NCBI GenBank assembly: GCA_964521295.1
Contig: CAZFRF010000001.1
Span: forward strand, 71,751-135,750
Direction of reading: 5' to 3'
Origin: an uncultured Gammaproteobacteria bacterium
GTDB taxonomy: Bacteria > Patescibacteriota > Microgenomatia > Levybacterales > UBA12049
Length of the DNA stretch: 64,000 nt
This document shows, piece by piece, positions 1 to 9,736 of the stretch (within the stretch, counting starts at the first letter, position 1; every line of letters starts with the position of its first letter). The position numbers were made by a program, and so were the translations under genes. The notes beneath the pieces were generated by a model that was not told the DNA's origin, did not search any database, and was given only the letters and a program-made list of their open reading frames with translations.

Positions 1-1
1 A

Positions 2-157
2 TGGGGAGAAAAAACTCTTGCATATAAGATTAAAAAAGATACAAAAGGTTTTTATTACAATTTTGAATTAGAATTAGAAAATGTTCCTGCAGACTTTGAT
101 AAAAAAGTTATTGCTAACGAAGACATACTTAGATATTTATTAATTAGATCAAAATAA
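2..157 (+). CDS. rpsF: 30S ribosomal protein S6, C-terminal end (5' partial; runs off window start)
   Basis: Frame-2 translation WGEKTLAYKIKKDTKGFYYNFELELENVPADFDKKVIANEDILRYLLIRSK ending in TAA. It sits immediately upstream of ssb-rpsR, the conserved rpsF-ssb-rpsR arrangement. Confidence 0.55.
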   Translation, partial: WGEKTLAYKIKKDTKGFYYNFELELENVPADFDKKVIANEDILRYLLIRSK

Positions 158-158
158 A

Positions 159-638
159 ATGGCTAAAAGTTTAAATAGAGTTCAGTTAATTGGAAATCTA
201 ACAAGAGATCCAGAATTAAGATATACACCATCGGGTAGTGCAGTTTGTTCATTTAGTATTGCTACTAATAGAAGCTGGACAACTGATACTGGGGAGAAAA
301 AGGACGAATCTGAATTTCACAGAATCGTTGCTTGGAATAAATTAGCTGAAATTTGTAGTCAGTTTTTAACAAAGGGTAGAAAAGTTTTTGTTGAAGGTAG
401 ACTTGCAACTAGAAGTTGGCAAGCGCAAGATGGAACCCAAAAACAAACAACGGAAATTGTTATTTCTGACATGATACTTTTAGATAATAGAAAATCAGAA
501 GGTGGAGAAGATGTTGAGGCAGATGCCTCTCCAAAAGCTCCGAAAGTTGCAAAGAAAGCAGAATCAAAGAAAGAAGAGGAGGTAGTGGAAGAAGGTCCAG
601 CAGAAGAAGAAATAGCTGCAGACGATATTCCATTCTAA
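159..638 (+). CDS. ssb: single-stranded DNA-binding protein
   Basis: OB-fold N-terminus (VQLIGNLTRDPELRYTPSG...FSIATNRSW), an acidic Gly/Glu-rich tail and the canonical C-terminal DDIPF. Confidence 0.9.
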   Translation: MAKSLNRVQLIGNLTRDPELRYTPSGSAVCSFSIATNRSWTTDTGEKKDESEFHRIVAWNKLAEICSQFLTKGRKVFVEGRLATRSWQAQDGTQKQTTEIVISDMILLDNRKSEGGEDVEADASPKAPKVAKKAESKKEEEVVEEGPAEEEIAADDIPF

Positions 639-639
639 T

Positions 640-888
640 ATGGCAAAAAGAAAGAAAAGTTTTAAGAGAAATCAAAAAAATACAGCACCTAAAGAGTGTT
701 GGTTTTGTGTAGAGAAAAAAGAGCCAGTATTTTCTGATGCTTCTACTTTATCTAGATTCGTTACCGAAAGAGGTAAGATCATCGGTAGAACTAGAAGTGG
801 ATTATGTGGTAAACACCAAAATAAATTAACTCTTGAAGTAAAACACGCAAGATATATTGCATTAATGCCTTATACAACCTCAGTTTAA
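640..888 (+). CDS. rpsR: 30S ribosomal protein S18
   Basis: CWFC...KEPVF...ERGKIIGRTRSGLCGKHQ..L...KHARYIALMPY is the S18 signature. It follows directly after ssb. Confidence 0.9.
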   Translation: MAKRKKSFKRNQKNTAPKECWFCVEKKEPVFSDASTLSRFVTERGKIIGRTRSGLCGKHQNKLTLEVKHARYIALMPYTTSV

Positions 889-962
889 TTTAGTTTTAAG
901 TTAAATTTCATCTTGATCCATTTCCCTAAATTTGTAATAATGGAAAGACTGTCGTAATTTAC

Positions 963-2246
963 ATGAAAAGAAATTCATTTATTAGACTTTTTTTATTCGT
1001 AGGTATAGCTTTTTTAATTGGATATTTTTTAGGAGTAAATAAAATTACTCTTGATTGGAAAAATTATAAACCTCAGCTAAATGTTGTCAGTAAAACTCCT
1101 CCTTCCGGCGTATCAAATGTAGACTTTACTCCTTTTTGGGCAGTTTGGGAAAAATTAATGGTAAATTATTACGATAAATCTAAATTAGATCAGCAAAAAA
1201 TGCTCAATGGAGCAATTTCTGGTATGGTTGGAGCACTTGGAGATCAATTTACAATGTATCTTCCTCCAGTGCAAAATGATAATTTCAAACAAGGATTAGC
1301 GGGGCAATTTTCGGGAATAGGAGCTGAGCTAGGAACAAAAGACAAGGATATATTTGTAATCTCTCCTTTAGATGGAAGTCCTGCGGAGAGAGCTGGAATT
1401 AAAGCTGGAGATATAATCTTAGCTGTTGATGGAAAGTCCATTTTGGGTTGGAATGTATCACAAGCAGTTGAAAAGATTAGGGGGCCTAAGGGAACTAATG
1501 TTACTTTAACAGTTTTTCATAAGGATACAAAAAAACAAGCAGATCTAAAAATCACACGCGATGTCATAACGATTAAAAGTGTTGCAATGGACTTAAGAGA
1601 TGCGCAATGTGAAAAAGATAACTGTAAAATAATATCCAAAGGAAACAGTTGTACAGGATCAGGTTGTGTTAAATTTGCCTATATTAGATTGTCTCAGTTT
1701 GGTGATAATACCAATCAGGAGTGGGTATCAATGATTACTGGAATCGTTAACAAGATGAAATCAGAAAATAACGTAAAGGGTGTAGTCTTTGATTTGCGCA
1801 ATAATCCAGGAGGATATTTAACAGATGCAACTTTTATTTCATCTGAGTTTTTGGATTTAGGCAAAACAGTAGTTGTACAAGATAATGGTACAGCAGATAA
1901 GCTGCCAATGACAGCATCTAGGCAAGGTCAATTAACTAAGTCAAAAGTAGTTGTTTTGATTAATAAAGGCAGTGCTTCGGCCTCTGAAATTGTTTCAGGA
2001 GCTTTAAGAGATAATGGTAGAGCAAAGCTAGTTGGTGACACATCCTTTGGTAAGGGTACGATTCAAACAGCAGAGGATTTGGGTGGTGGAGCAGGGATTC
2101 ATATTACTATTGCTAAGTGGCTTACGCCAAATGGAACTTGGGTACATGAAAAAGGTCTAACTCCGGATGTTAAGGTAAGTTTAGATCCGAAAGATCCTTC
2201 AAGAGATACACAACTTGAAAAAGGCGTGTGGGAATTGCTACAATAA
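963..2246 (+). CDS. ctpA: carboxy-terminal processing (tail-specific) protease, S41 family, with PDZ domain
   Basis: N-terminal membrane anchor, a PDZ-like region, and the S41 motifs VVFDLRNNPGGYL and VLINKGSASASEI. Confidence 0.85.
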   Translation: MKRNSFIRLFLFVGIAFLIGYFLGVNKITLDWKNYKPQLNVVSKTPPSGVSNVDFTPFWAVWEKLMVNYYDKSKLDQQKMLNGAISGMVGALGDQFTMYLPPVQNDNFKQGLAGQFSGIGAELGTKDKDIFVISPLDGSPAERAGIKAGDIILAVDGKSILGWNVSQAVEKIRGPKGTNVTLTVFHKDTKKQADLKITRDVITIKSVAMDLRDAQCEKDNCKIISKGNSCTGSGCVKFAYIRLSQFGDNTNQEWVSMITGIVNKMKSENNVKGVVFDLRNNPGGYLTDATFISSEFLDLGKTVVVQDNGTADKLPMTASRQGQLTKSKVVVLINKGSASASEIVSGALRDNGRAKLVGDTSFGKGTIQTAEDLGGGAGIHITIAKWLTPNGTWVHEKGLTPDVKVSLDPKDPSRDTQLEKGVWELLQ

Positions 2247-2263
2247 ACCCGCATTTAGGACTT

Positions 2264-3400
2264 ATGAAAAAATTAATTGCAGCTTTAGTTTTGTTAGTTT
2301 TGGTCCTACTATTTTGGAAAGGTGCGAGCGTTGCTTTTCCTAGGATGTTTTCTGAGTTAAAATCTTCCACTATTCAACCAGTTAAATTAGTAAACGAAGA
2401 GTCCGGGGTTATAAATGTAGTAAAAGAGGTTGGTCCTTCGGCTGTAACCATTATTGAAAAGCAAACAGTTTCAAATCAAGCAAGATCATTTAGTTTTGGT
2501 CCTTATGGATTTTTTGAAATTACACCTGCGCCTCCATCAGAACAGACAACAGGAATAGGCTCAGGTTTTATAATCAACTCCAGTGGATTAATTGCGACCA
2601 ATAAACATGTTGTGTCAGATACTAATGTTACTTATCAAGTGGTAACAAGCAACGGTAAAACTTATAAAGTAACAAAGGTTTATAAAGATCCTTTAAACGA
2701 TATCGCTTTTGTGCAAATTGATCCCTCTGAGCATAAAGAGCAAAGCTTAAAGCCTGTAACGCTTGGAGATAGCAGTAATTTGCAGGTTGGGCAGTTTGTT
2801 ATTGCTATTGGTACAGCATTAGGAGAATTTAAAAATACAGTTACAACAGGAGTTATATCAGGGCTTGGTAGGGGAATCACAGCTGGAAGTCAATTTGAGG
2901 GATTTGTGGAGAAATTAGATAACGTTATTCAAACAGATGCCGCAATAAATCCTGGAAACTCCGGTGGTCCGTTAGTTAACTCCTTGGGACAAGTAATCGG
3001 AGTAAACACTGCAGTTTCCTCAAGTGGACAAAATATCGGCTTTGCACTTCCAATTAACGTTATTAAGGAAGCATTAGATAATTTTAATAAAAATGGGAAA
3101 TTTAATAGACCTTTCTTAGGCGTATCCTATAAAATGCTCGATAAGCAAACAGCTGAGTTAAATAACTTAGTTGAAGGAGCCTATGTTCAAAATGTAGTTG
3201 AAGATTCTGGTGCAAGTTTAGCTGGTATTGAAAATGGAGATGTAATTATTAGCTTTGATAATAAAAAAGTTACAGGAGATACTGAAGTCTCAAAACTTAT
3301 AGCTGGTAAAAAAGTTGGCGATAAAATTGCCATAACGGTTTGGAGAGATGGAAAAGAAGTTAAGTTAATAGCAGTTTTGGGAGCGGCACCTGAAGAATAA
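2264..3400 (+). CDS. htrA: HtrA/DegP-family trypsin-like serine protease with C-terminal PDZ domain
   Basis: GSGFIINSSGLIATNKHVV (His region), TDAAINPGNSGGPLVN (GNSGGPL Ser motif), and a C-terminal PDZ. The start is moved to the in-frame ATG at 2264 (MKKLIAALVLL, signal/anchor) to avoid overlap with ctpA. Confidence 0.85.
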   Translation: MKKLIAALVLLVLVLLFWKGASVAFPRMFSELKSSTIQPVKLVNEESGVINVVKEVGPSAVTIIEKQTVSNQARSFSFGPYGFFEITPAPPSEQTTGIGSGFIINSSGLIATNKHVVSDTNVTYQVVTSNGKTYKVTKVYKDPLNDIAFVQIDPSEHKEQSLKPVTLGDSSNLQVGQFVIAIGTALGEFKNTVTTGVISGLGRGITAGSQFEGFVEKLDNVIQTDAAINPGNSGGPLVNSLGQVIGVNTAVSSSGQNIGFALPINVIKEALDNFNKNGKFNRPFLGVSYKMLDKQTAELNNLVEGAYVQNVVEDSGASLAGIENGDVIISFDNKKVTGDTEVSKLIAGKKVGDKIAITVWRDGKEVKLIAVLGAAPEE

Positions 3401-3401
3401 T

Positions 3402-4361
3402 ATGCTAATACAACAAAATATTGCACTTAAAGATTTCAGCAATTTTAAAATTGGAGGAGTTGCTAAATATTTTCTAGAAATTAAAAATACTAATGATTTA
3501 ATAAATGGATTAAGGGAATGGAAGGAAATTTCTGCAACTCTTTCTGATGTTGAAAAAAGGATCTTTATTTTAGGTGGGGGAACTAATATTCTTTTTTCTG
3601 ATGCTGGGTTTAACGGTTTAGTTATAAAAAATTCATTTAGTTTTATTGAGTTAAAGGATGATAGTCAAGTTGCCGTCGGAGGAGGAACAGTTTGGGCAGA
3701 TTTAGTAAATTTTTGTATTGATAATAGTTTATCAGGCCTAGAATGGTCTGGAGGGCTTCCTGGGACAGTTGGTGGGGCTGTAAGAGGTAATGCTGGCGCG
3801 TATGGAGGAGAAACAAAAGATCTACTGGAAGAAGTAGAAAGTATTAATCTCAATACATTGCAAGTAACAATTAGAAATAACAATGAATGTAATTTTAGCT
3901 ATAGAAACAGTATTTTTAAAACCGGCGAGGGTGAAAATGAAATCATCATTAAAGTTAAATTTAAATTAACAAAAGGAAGTAAAGACGTTGTAAGGGCAGC
4001 TTTTCAAGAAAAAATCGATTCAAGAAAGAGTAAACATCCGTTAGAATATCCAAATGTTGGAAGCATATTTAAGAATGTGCCTGTGGAGAAATTTGATACC
4101 AAGCAATTTCTCTATGAACTCGCTCAATATGTTAAAAATGATCCTTTTCCAGTTGTTCCAACTGCAAAAATTAACTTCTTAACAGGACTAAAGGGGGAGA
4201 AGATTGGTGATGCGCAGCTTTCAGAAAAGCATACAAATTTTATAGTTAACTTAGGTAATGCAAGCTCTGCAGACGTAAAGAATTTAATTCAAAATATTAA
4301 AAATAAAGTTAAAGAAAAATTTAATGTTGATTTAGAAGAAGAAATAATGATTTTAAATTAA
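3402..4361 (+). CDS. murB: UDP-N-acetylenolpyruvoylglucosamine reductase
   Basis: FAD-binding MurB motifs: FKIGG.AKYF, ILGGGTNILFSD, GLEWSGGLPGTVGGAVRGNAGAYGGE. Confidence 0.85.
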   Translation: MLIQQNIALKDFSNFKIGGVAKYFLEIKNTNDLINGLREWKEISATLSDVEKRIFILGGGTNILFSDAGFNGLVIKNSFSFIELKDDSQVAVGGGTVWADLVNFCIDNSLSGLEWSGGLPGTVGGAVRGNAGAYGGETKDLLEEVESINLNTLQVTIRNNNECNFSYRNSIFKTGEGENEIIIKVKFKLTKGSKDVVRAAFQEKIDSRKSKHPLEYPNVGSIFKNVPVEKFDTKQFLYELAQYVKNDPFPVVPTAKINFLTGLKGEKIGDAQLSEKHTNFIVNLGNASSADVKNLIQNIKNKVKEKFNVDLEEEIMILN

Positions 4362-5032
4362 CTTTTGTAACCTGAAAAATAATCCAATCTAATTTTATCT
4401 TCATTAACATTTAATTTTTTTAATATCCCCAAAGTTTTTTCAACCATCGAATCTGGACCAGAAATATAATAAATATATTCTGGATGAATATACTGCTTGA
4501 GTAAATTAGGAGTCAATTTTTGTTTAAATAAATTTTTAATTTTAAAATCTTTATTTATCTTTGCAATTTCTTCGAGTTCCTTTAGGAATAAAGCCTGCTT
4601 GGAAGATTTATTTGCATATAACAATGTTATATTTATTTTTTTCTGTTTATAATTTAGCTCCTTTATAATGGAAGCAAAAGGAGTAATTCCGATTCCGCTG
4701 GCAATAAATACGTAATGATTAGTTTTTGAATTAAGAGTAAAATCTCCATCTGGACCTTTTGCGTTAATAGTTTCACCTGGATTTAAATTAAATAATGCTT
4801 TTTTGAAGCTACTGGAATTTTTATAAATCCGTGTTGTAATTGTCGGAAGCTTTTCAGATGGAGAAGAGGAGATTGTGAAAAATCTTTGCTTACCCCTTAA
4901 ATCTGCATTTTTGTGATCAAGGGAATAGATTAAATATTGACCAGCTGTCCAGTTAATTTTTTTTCCGGGTTTAAAGAAGAAGGTGTAAATATTTCCTACC
5001 TCTTTTTTTCTTTTTATTAGTGTTAATTTCAT
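4358..5032 (-). CDS. FAD/NAD(P)-binding oxidoreductase, ferredoxin-NADP reductase-like
   Basis: RFFTISSSP (FAD-binding RxYS-like) and FIASGIGITPFASI (NAD-binding GxGxxP). The start is placed at the first in-frame ATG (MKLTLIKRKK), preceded by TATATT plus 6 nt. The track ORF extends to a GTG at 5095. Confidence 0.6.
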   Translation of the reverse strand: MKLTLIKRKKEVGNIYTFFFKPGKKINWTAGQYLIYSLDHKNADLRGKQRFFTISSSPSEKLPTITTRIYKNSSSFKKALFNLNPGETINAKGPDGDFTLNSKTNHYVFIASGIGITPFASIIKELNYKQKKINITLLYANKSSKQALFLKELEEIAKINKDFKIKNLFKQKLTPNLLKQYIHPEYIYYISGPDSMVEKTLGILKKLNVNEDKIRLDYFSGYKS

Positions 5033-5067
5033 TTTACAAATATAGCAAAGCTTGTTATAAATATATA

Positions 5068-6750
5068 GTGGATAGAATTTTCTTAGATTTAACACTTGTT
5101 ATTTGTTTAGCTTCAATTTTTTCTATTATTTTTAAATTGCTTAAACAGCCGGAAATCTTAGCCTACATTTTAACAGGTATTGTAATTTCTTCTTTGCATT
5201 TTTTTGGACAAGCAAGTGATCCATTTTTACAAACACTTTCGCAAATTGGTGTAACTTTGCTTCTATTCATGGTGGGTTTGGAAATTAGAATTTCCGAATT
5301 ACTATCAATGGGTAGGGTATTAGTCATTGCTTCGTTGTGGCAAATATTTGTTACGTTTGGTTTAGGATTTTTAATCTCAGGTTTTTTTGGCTTTGATGTC
5401 TTAGGTAGTTTATATGTCGCCAGTGCATTAACTTTCTCGTCAACAATAATTGTAGTAAAACTCTTATCAGATCAGCATGAGTTACATAGTTTGCATGCAA
5501 AGTTTTCATTAGGAATATTACTTGCTCAAGATATTTTTGCAATGGCAATTTTAATGTTTCTTTCAGGTTTTGGTAAAGATGCTGGCGTTAATCCACTTTT
5601 GAATTTTAGTTTAATTTTAGTAAAAGGAATTTTATTAATTGGGTTAATTGCATTGTTATCAAAAAAACTTTTTCCGCATTTCATTGAAAAAATAGCTAAA
5701 AGTTCAGAGACAATATTTTTGGCAAGTCTTGCATGGGTATTTGGATTAGCGGCTTTAGTTAGTTCTAAATTTATTGGTTTTTCTATTGAAATTGGTGGAT
5801 TTCTAGCTGGGGTCGCATTGGCTAATTCTTTGGTGAATTATCAAATTATTGCCAAAGTTAAAATTTTAAGAGATTTTTTCATAGTCATATTTTTTGTGTT
5901 ACTAGGTTTAGAAATGTCGTTTGCTAATATAGGCGAAATTATTATTCCTGCAATTTTTCTATCATTATTTGTTTTACTAGTTAAACCTCTTATTGTGATG
6001 ATTCTGCTTGGAATCATGGGGTATAAGAAAAGAACCTCTTTTTTAACAGGAATTTCTTTGTCTCAAATTTCAGAATTTTCATTAATTTTAATATTTTTAG
6101 GATACAAGCTAGGCCATTTAAACGAAAAAACAGTTTCCTTGCTGACATTAGTTGGTTTAATAACTTTTGCTGTCTCTACATATTTAATTGCTCATTGGAA
6201 GGCGTTATATAAAAAACTAGCTAATAAATTAGATTTACTTGAAAGACAAACCTTAAAGCAAGAAGAAGCAGAGGAAGATGCATTAGAGGCATTAGATAAC
6301 CATGTTGTAGTAGTCGGTGGAGATCAGATGGGAGATTCAATAATTGAAGCTTTAGAGGATCAAAATGTAGATATTGTAATGGTAGATTTTGACCCCAATA
6401 TTGTAAAGAAAATGAAACAGAAAAAAGTCTATAGATTATTCGGTGATATTTCAGATTTGGATATTCAACAAAGAGCAAAGATAGATAATGCAAAATTAGT
6501 AATTTCAACAATTCCAGATACAGAAGATAATTTAATGCTACTTAAAGAGCTGAGGAGGGAAAATAGGAGAGCAAAAATTGTCATGATGGCAATTGAGGGT
6601 AAAGAAGCTAAGATCTTGTATAAAGCAGGGGCTGATTATGTTATTCTTCCACACCTAGCAGGTGGGAGACAAATTGCAAATTTAATTGCTAAAAATGGTA
6701 TCGAAGGTTTAGAGAAATTAAAGGAAAAAGATAAAGTATATCTACGCTAG
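5068..6750 (+). CDS. CPA2-family cation/proton antiporter (Kef-type) with C-terminal RCK/TrkA-N domain
   Basis: About 12 transmembrane segments with antiporter-like motifs ([13 protein letters not shown]), followed by [28 protein letters not shown] (Rossmann GxGxxG-like RCK). There is no in-frame ATG near the N-terminus. The start is uncertain: GTG 5068 is proposed (TATAAA plus 6 nt upstream), and the track gives GTG 5020. Confidence 0.65.
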   Translation: MDRIFLDLTLVICLASIFSIIFKLLKQPEILAYILTGIVISSLHFFGQASDPFLQTLSQIGVTLLLFMVGLEIRISELLSMGRVLVIASLWQIFVTFGLGFLISGFFGFDVLGSLYVASALTFSSTIIVVKLLSDQHELHSLHAKFSLGILLAQDIFAMAILMFLSGFGKDAGVNPLLNFSLILVKGILLIGLIALLSKKLFPHFIEKIAKSSETIFLASLAWVFGLAALVSSKFIGFSIEIGGFLAGVALANSLVNYQIIAKVKILRDFFIVIFFVLLGLEMSFANIGEIIIPAIFLSLFVLLVKPLIVMILLGIMGYKKRTSFLTGISLSQISEFSLILIFLGYKLGHLNEKTVSLLTLVGLITFAVSTYLIAHWKALYKKLANKLDLLERQTLKQEEAEEDALEALDNHVVVVGGDQMGDSIIEALEDQNVDIVMVDFDPNIVKKMKQKKVYRLFGDISDLDIQQRAKIDNAKLVISTIPDTEDNLMLLKELRRENRRAKIVMMAIEGKEAKILYKAGADYVILPHLAGGRQIANLIAKNGIEGLEKLKEKDKVYLR

Positions 6751-7650
6751 GGGAGTTTCTTCTGATTGTTGATTAAGTTCTTGCATTGCTTCCATGATTT
6801 TATCTAGTTCTCCCTCCATAATAACTGGAAGATTGCTAAAATTTCGATTAATTCTATGATCGGTAAGTCTATCTTGGGGGAAATTATATGTTCGAATTTT
6901 TTCAGCTCTCATTCCATGGCCAACTTGAGTTGCTTTGAGTCCTGCAATTTCACCGTGTTGTTTTTCAACTTCTTGTTCCCAAAGTTTTGCCCTAAGCATC
7001 TCTAAGGCAATCTCTCTATTTTGAGCTTGAAATCTTTGAGTTTGGCAAGTAACAACAATTCCAGTAGGTTTATGTTTAAGCCTTACAGCAGTTGATACTT
7101 TATTTACATTTTGGCCACCATGACCGCCAGCTCTAAAAGCTTCAAATTCAATATCTTCAGGGTTAATATGCAAATCAATATCTTCAAGTTCTGGTAAGAC
7201 GGAAACAGTTGCGGTTGAGGTATGAACTCTGCCTCGTTTTTCTGTTGCAGGAATTCTTTGTACTCTGTGAACTCCAGCTTCAAATTTAAATGTTTCAAAT
7301 GCACCTTTTCCACTTACTTTAATAACATCATCATCTAAGTTTTCTACCTTAAAACCTTGCATTTGTGCGTATCTTGAATACATTCTGAGAAGTTCTTGTC
7401 CCCATAGACTAGCTTCGTCTCCACCAGCTGCTCCCGAAACTTGAATAATAACGTTTCTTTCATCTAAGTCTCCACCTGAATTTTCTTCCTCACCTGATCC
7501 ATAGGTAGCTAGTATTGCTTGTTTTTGATTCTCTAAATCAGTAATTTCAGCTGTTGCTAGTTCTACCATTTGGGGATCTTCAAGAAGTTTTTTGGTTTCT
7601 TCAATTTTACTATCTAACTGCGCTAATTGTACTTGTCTATAGTCTTCCAT
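6742..7650 (-). CDS. prfA: peptide chain release factor 1
   Basis: [26 protein letters not shown] (GGQ motif) and [17 protein letters not shown], which carries the PxT tripeptide anticodon motif of RF1 rather than SPF of RF2. Confidence 0.8.
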   Translation of the reverse strand: MEDYRQVQLAQLDSKIEETKKLLEDPQMVELATAEITDLENQKQAILATYGSGEEENSGGDLDERNVIIQVSGAAGGDEASLWGQELLRMYSRYAQMQGFKVENLDDDVIKVSGKGAFETFKFEAGVHRVQRIPATEKRGRVHTSTATVSVLPELEDIDLHINPEDIEFEAFRAGGHGGQNVNKVSTAVRLKHKPTGIVVTCQTQRFQAQNREIALEMLRAKLWEQEVEKQHGEIAGLKATQVGHGMRAEKIRTYNFPQDRLTDHRINRNFSNLPVIMEGELDKIMEAMQELNQQSEETPLA

Positions 7651-7662
7651 AGGGGAGTTGGC

Positions 7663-7953
7663 TTATCCAATTTCTGCCAACATTTCTCTTAAGGTTTTTG
7701 GAGCGTTGTCTTGCTTTTTTGACTCTTTATCCTTTTTAGTTACATGAAATTCAGTTGCTTTTTGTTGTTTGTCTTTAAACTTTTGAATTCGTGATGCACT
7801 ATCAACAAATCTTTGCTCGCCAGTATAGAAAGGATGGCAATTTGCACAAAGTTCCACATGAATTACTTCCTGGGTAGAACCAGTTACGAATTTGTTTCCG
7901 CATGCGCAAATTACTTGTGCATCGAAATATTGTGGGTGAATTGCTTGTTTCAT
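7663..7953 (-). CDS. rpmE: 50S ribosomal protein L31 (with basic C-terminal extension)
   Basis: MKQAIHPQYF....CACGNKF.....E.I.VE.C..CHPFYTGEQ is the L31 zinc-ribbon signature. Confidence 0.85.
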   Translation of the reverse strand: MKQAIHPQYFDAQVICACGNKFVTGSTQEVIHVELCANCHPFYTGEQRFVDSASRIQKFKDKQQKATEFHVTKKDKESKKQDNAPKTLREMLAEIG

Positions 7954-7993
7954 TACGTCTAATTATACAGCAAAATCAAGCCTAAGACAAGCG

Positions 7994-8002
7994 TGATATA
8001 AT
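7994..8002 (+). promoter_or_regulatory. extended -10 element TGaTATAAT, 6 nt upstream of ATG 8009 (leaderless-type promoter)
   Basis: Sequence gcgTGaTATAATgcacaaATG. Confidence 0.4.
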
Positions 8003-8008
8003 GCACAA

Positions 8009-8275
8009 ATGTTGAAAGAAAAAAGAATGCTGGACATGGGAATTATGAGTGAGGCAAAACCTTCAGAAAGTTTAGTCTTACGCCAAAAACTTAAAAGAGG
8101 AGGGATAAGCGTTCAATTCCAGCATATTCCAGATGAACAATTGGCCGATTTTGAAAAAGCACTAGCAGAAATAATTGTAACAGATGGTGTTCCGAAGAGT
8201 GTTTTAGCCAGAGAAAGTTACATTAATCCATTGTCATGGACAATTCTTAACCCTGCAAAGATTATTTGTCATTAA
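8009..8275 (+). CDS. hypothetical protein (ORFan)
   Basis: 88-aa ORF with an extended -10 immediately upstream. No recognisable motifs. Confidence 0.35.
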   Translation: MLKEKRMLDMGIMSEAKPSESLVLRQKLKRGGISVQFQHIPDEQLADFEKALAEIIVTDGVPKSVLARESYINPLSWTILNPAKIICH

Positions 8276-8281
8276 TTTCTA

Positions 8282-8310
8282 TTGAACTTAAAATTCCCTA
8301 GTGTTATACT
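8282..8310 (+). promoter_or_regulatory. sigma70-like promoter TTGAAC-17 bp-TATACT, ending 9 nt before ATG 8320
   Basis: attGAACttaaaattccctagtgtTATACTcccaatgctATG, with an exact 17-bp spacer. Confidence 0.45.
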
Positions 8311-8319
8311 CCCAATGCT

Positions 8320-8610
8320 ATGTCTAGTCCAGATAATAAACCAAGTTTTTTAAAACCCGTAGGTCCTACTGAGTTAAGAATTGAGAGTCATGGTTTTCCT
8401 ATTGGTTCTTTGCGTTGGTTTGGTGGGGAAGTATCTGTTGCTTGGCATGCTGGGCCATTAACTACGCTGCACACGTCTTTGGATTTATTAAGAGAAGTAG
8501 TTGAAACAGGATCTCACGTGCAAGATGTAATTGCCTCAAGGGGAGGACAGGTGTTGGGAAATGAGCATTTAGTTATCAGAGAATCAAATGAACCACAATC
8601 AAATGGTTAA
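8320..8610 (+). CDS. hypothetical protein (ORFan)
   Basis: 96-aa ORF with a near-consensus promoter directly upstream. Its composition (W/G/R-rich) differs from the housekeeping genes. Confidence 0.4.
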   Translation: MSSPDNKPSFLKPVGPTELRIESHGFPIGSLRWFGGEVSVAWHAGPLTTLHTSLDLLREVVETGSHVQDVIASRGGQVLGNEHLVIRESNEPQSNG

Positions 8611-8671
8611 TTTAACAAGCTAATCATTGACCTCTTAATTTTTTTTTGCTACAACATTTGTATAACTAAAA

Positions 8672-9136
8672 ATGAAATCAGCAGCTGAAGTTATTGAAGA
8701 TCAAGCGTTAGCGGATGGTGTTTTGGCAGAAGAATATTTACGCAGAAAAACAAATTTAGCAATATTAAGTGATTCGGATGGAACTTTTTCTTGTGGTAGG
8801 GAATATTTTGTAGTTGAAGTAGATAAAGCAGAGCATGTAAGAGTGGTTGATGCCCATGAATCATATCCTCAGGCAAGATTAAGTATTCAGGGTCCTGGTG
8901 GAGAACTTAGAAAAGGAAGGATAATCTCGTCAGACTATCTTATTATCAGCTGCGCAGATGATATCGATCCTCATGAGCCAGCGTTAACACCTGACCCTAT
9001 CAAGCCTGATTCCGAATTAGTTTCTAAGCCTCCGCTTGTTATTCAGGAACAAAGAGTATTAACAAGAGAAGAATCTTTTCCCAGAAGAGGTATGATTTGG
9101 ACTTCAAATAGAAGAAAACCCAATTTTTTGTTATAA
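8672..9136 (+). CDS. hypothetical protein (ORFan)
   Basis: 154-aa ORF, co-directional with its neighbours. Confidence 0.4.
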   Translation: MKSAAEVIEDQALADGVLAEEYLRRKTNLAILSDSDGTFSCGREYFVVEVDKAEHVRVVDAHESYPQARLSIQGPGGELRKGRIISSDYLIISCADDIDPHEPALTPDPIKPDSELVSKPPLVIQEQRVLTREESFPRRGMIWTSNRRKPNFLL

Positions 9137-9145
9137 TTCCTCCTT

Positions 9146-9736
9146 ATGCCAAAAGAATTTGAAGCAAGTTTAGTAGAAATAGTTGTTGCTCCTGAATCAA
9201 CAGGTTTAGTATATTTAGCTAAGTTACCAGATGATTTAATTGTGGTAGATGAGCAAGAAGCTTTAATTAGAGCTAATCATAGTCCTCATGCTGTAACTCC
9301 GGGTATAGAGGAAGATGGTGAGACACTAAGATGGGACGCAGAGTGGACTCATGACCAAAAAACAATTTTAGGGGAGGGTTTGTCTATGCCACCATCTATT
9401 GCTCAGGCCTTTGATTTTCAACCTTTAATTAGATTTAGTTTAGGTCGTTATGGCAAAGTTGATATGGTTGGAATCGATGTTCAGAGAGACACTGTTTATG
9501 GGCATTTAGTGTCGCCATTATATAGCGAAAAAGCATTTTCAAGAGTTGCCCAGATTTTAAGAAATGCGTTAAGAACAGATGAATTAAGCACCAATTTATT
9601 ACAAGAAGTACCAGGTATGTTGTCTTGGGAAGCTACCTGGGGAAGGGGCAAGCCTAGTGCGCATATTATAAACACTTTTTTTCAAACTAATCCTGATCGA
9701 AGATTAAGAAGCGCTGGTGTAGATAGAACTAACTAA
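9146..9736 (+). CDS. hypothetical protein (ORFan)
   Basis: 196-aa ORF. An extended -10 TGtTATAAT lies at 9129-9137, 8 nt upstream of the ATG. Confidence 0.45.
   Translation: MPKEFEASLVEIVVAPESTGLVYLAKLPDDLIVVDEQEALIRANHSPHAVTPGIEEDGETLRWDAEWTHDQKTILGEGLSMPPSIAQAFDFQPLIRFSLGRYGKVDMVGIDVQRDTVYGHLVSPLYSEKAFSRVAQILRNALRTDELSTNLLQEVPGMLSWEATWGRGKPSAHIINTFFQTNPDRRLRSAGVDRTN

Noticed and set aside
2228-2263. Track start of htrA overlapping the ctpA 3' end
   Set aside because: The in-frame ATG at 2264 yields a proper signal/anchor N-terminus (MKKLIAALVLL) and removes the overlap.
6742-7650. Possibility that this release factor is RF2 with a programmed +1 frameshift
   Set aside because: The ORF is a single continuous frame with the PxT (RF1) motif. 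There is no SPF motif and no internal in-frame stop with an SD-like frameshift site.
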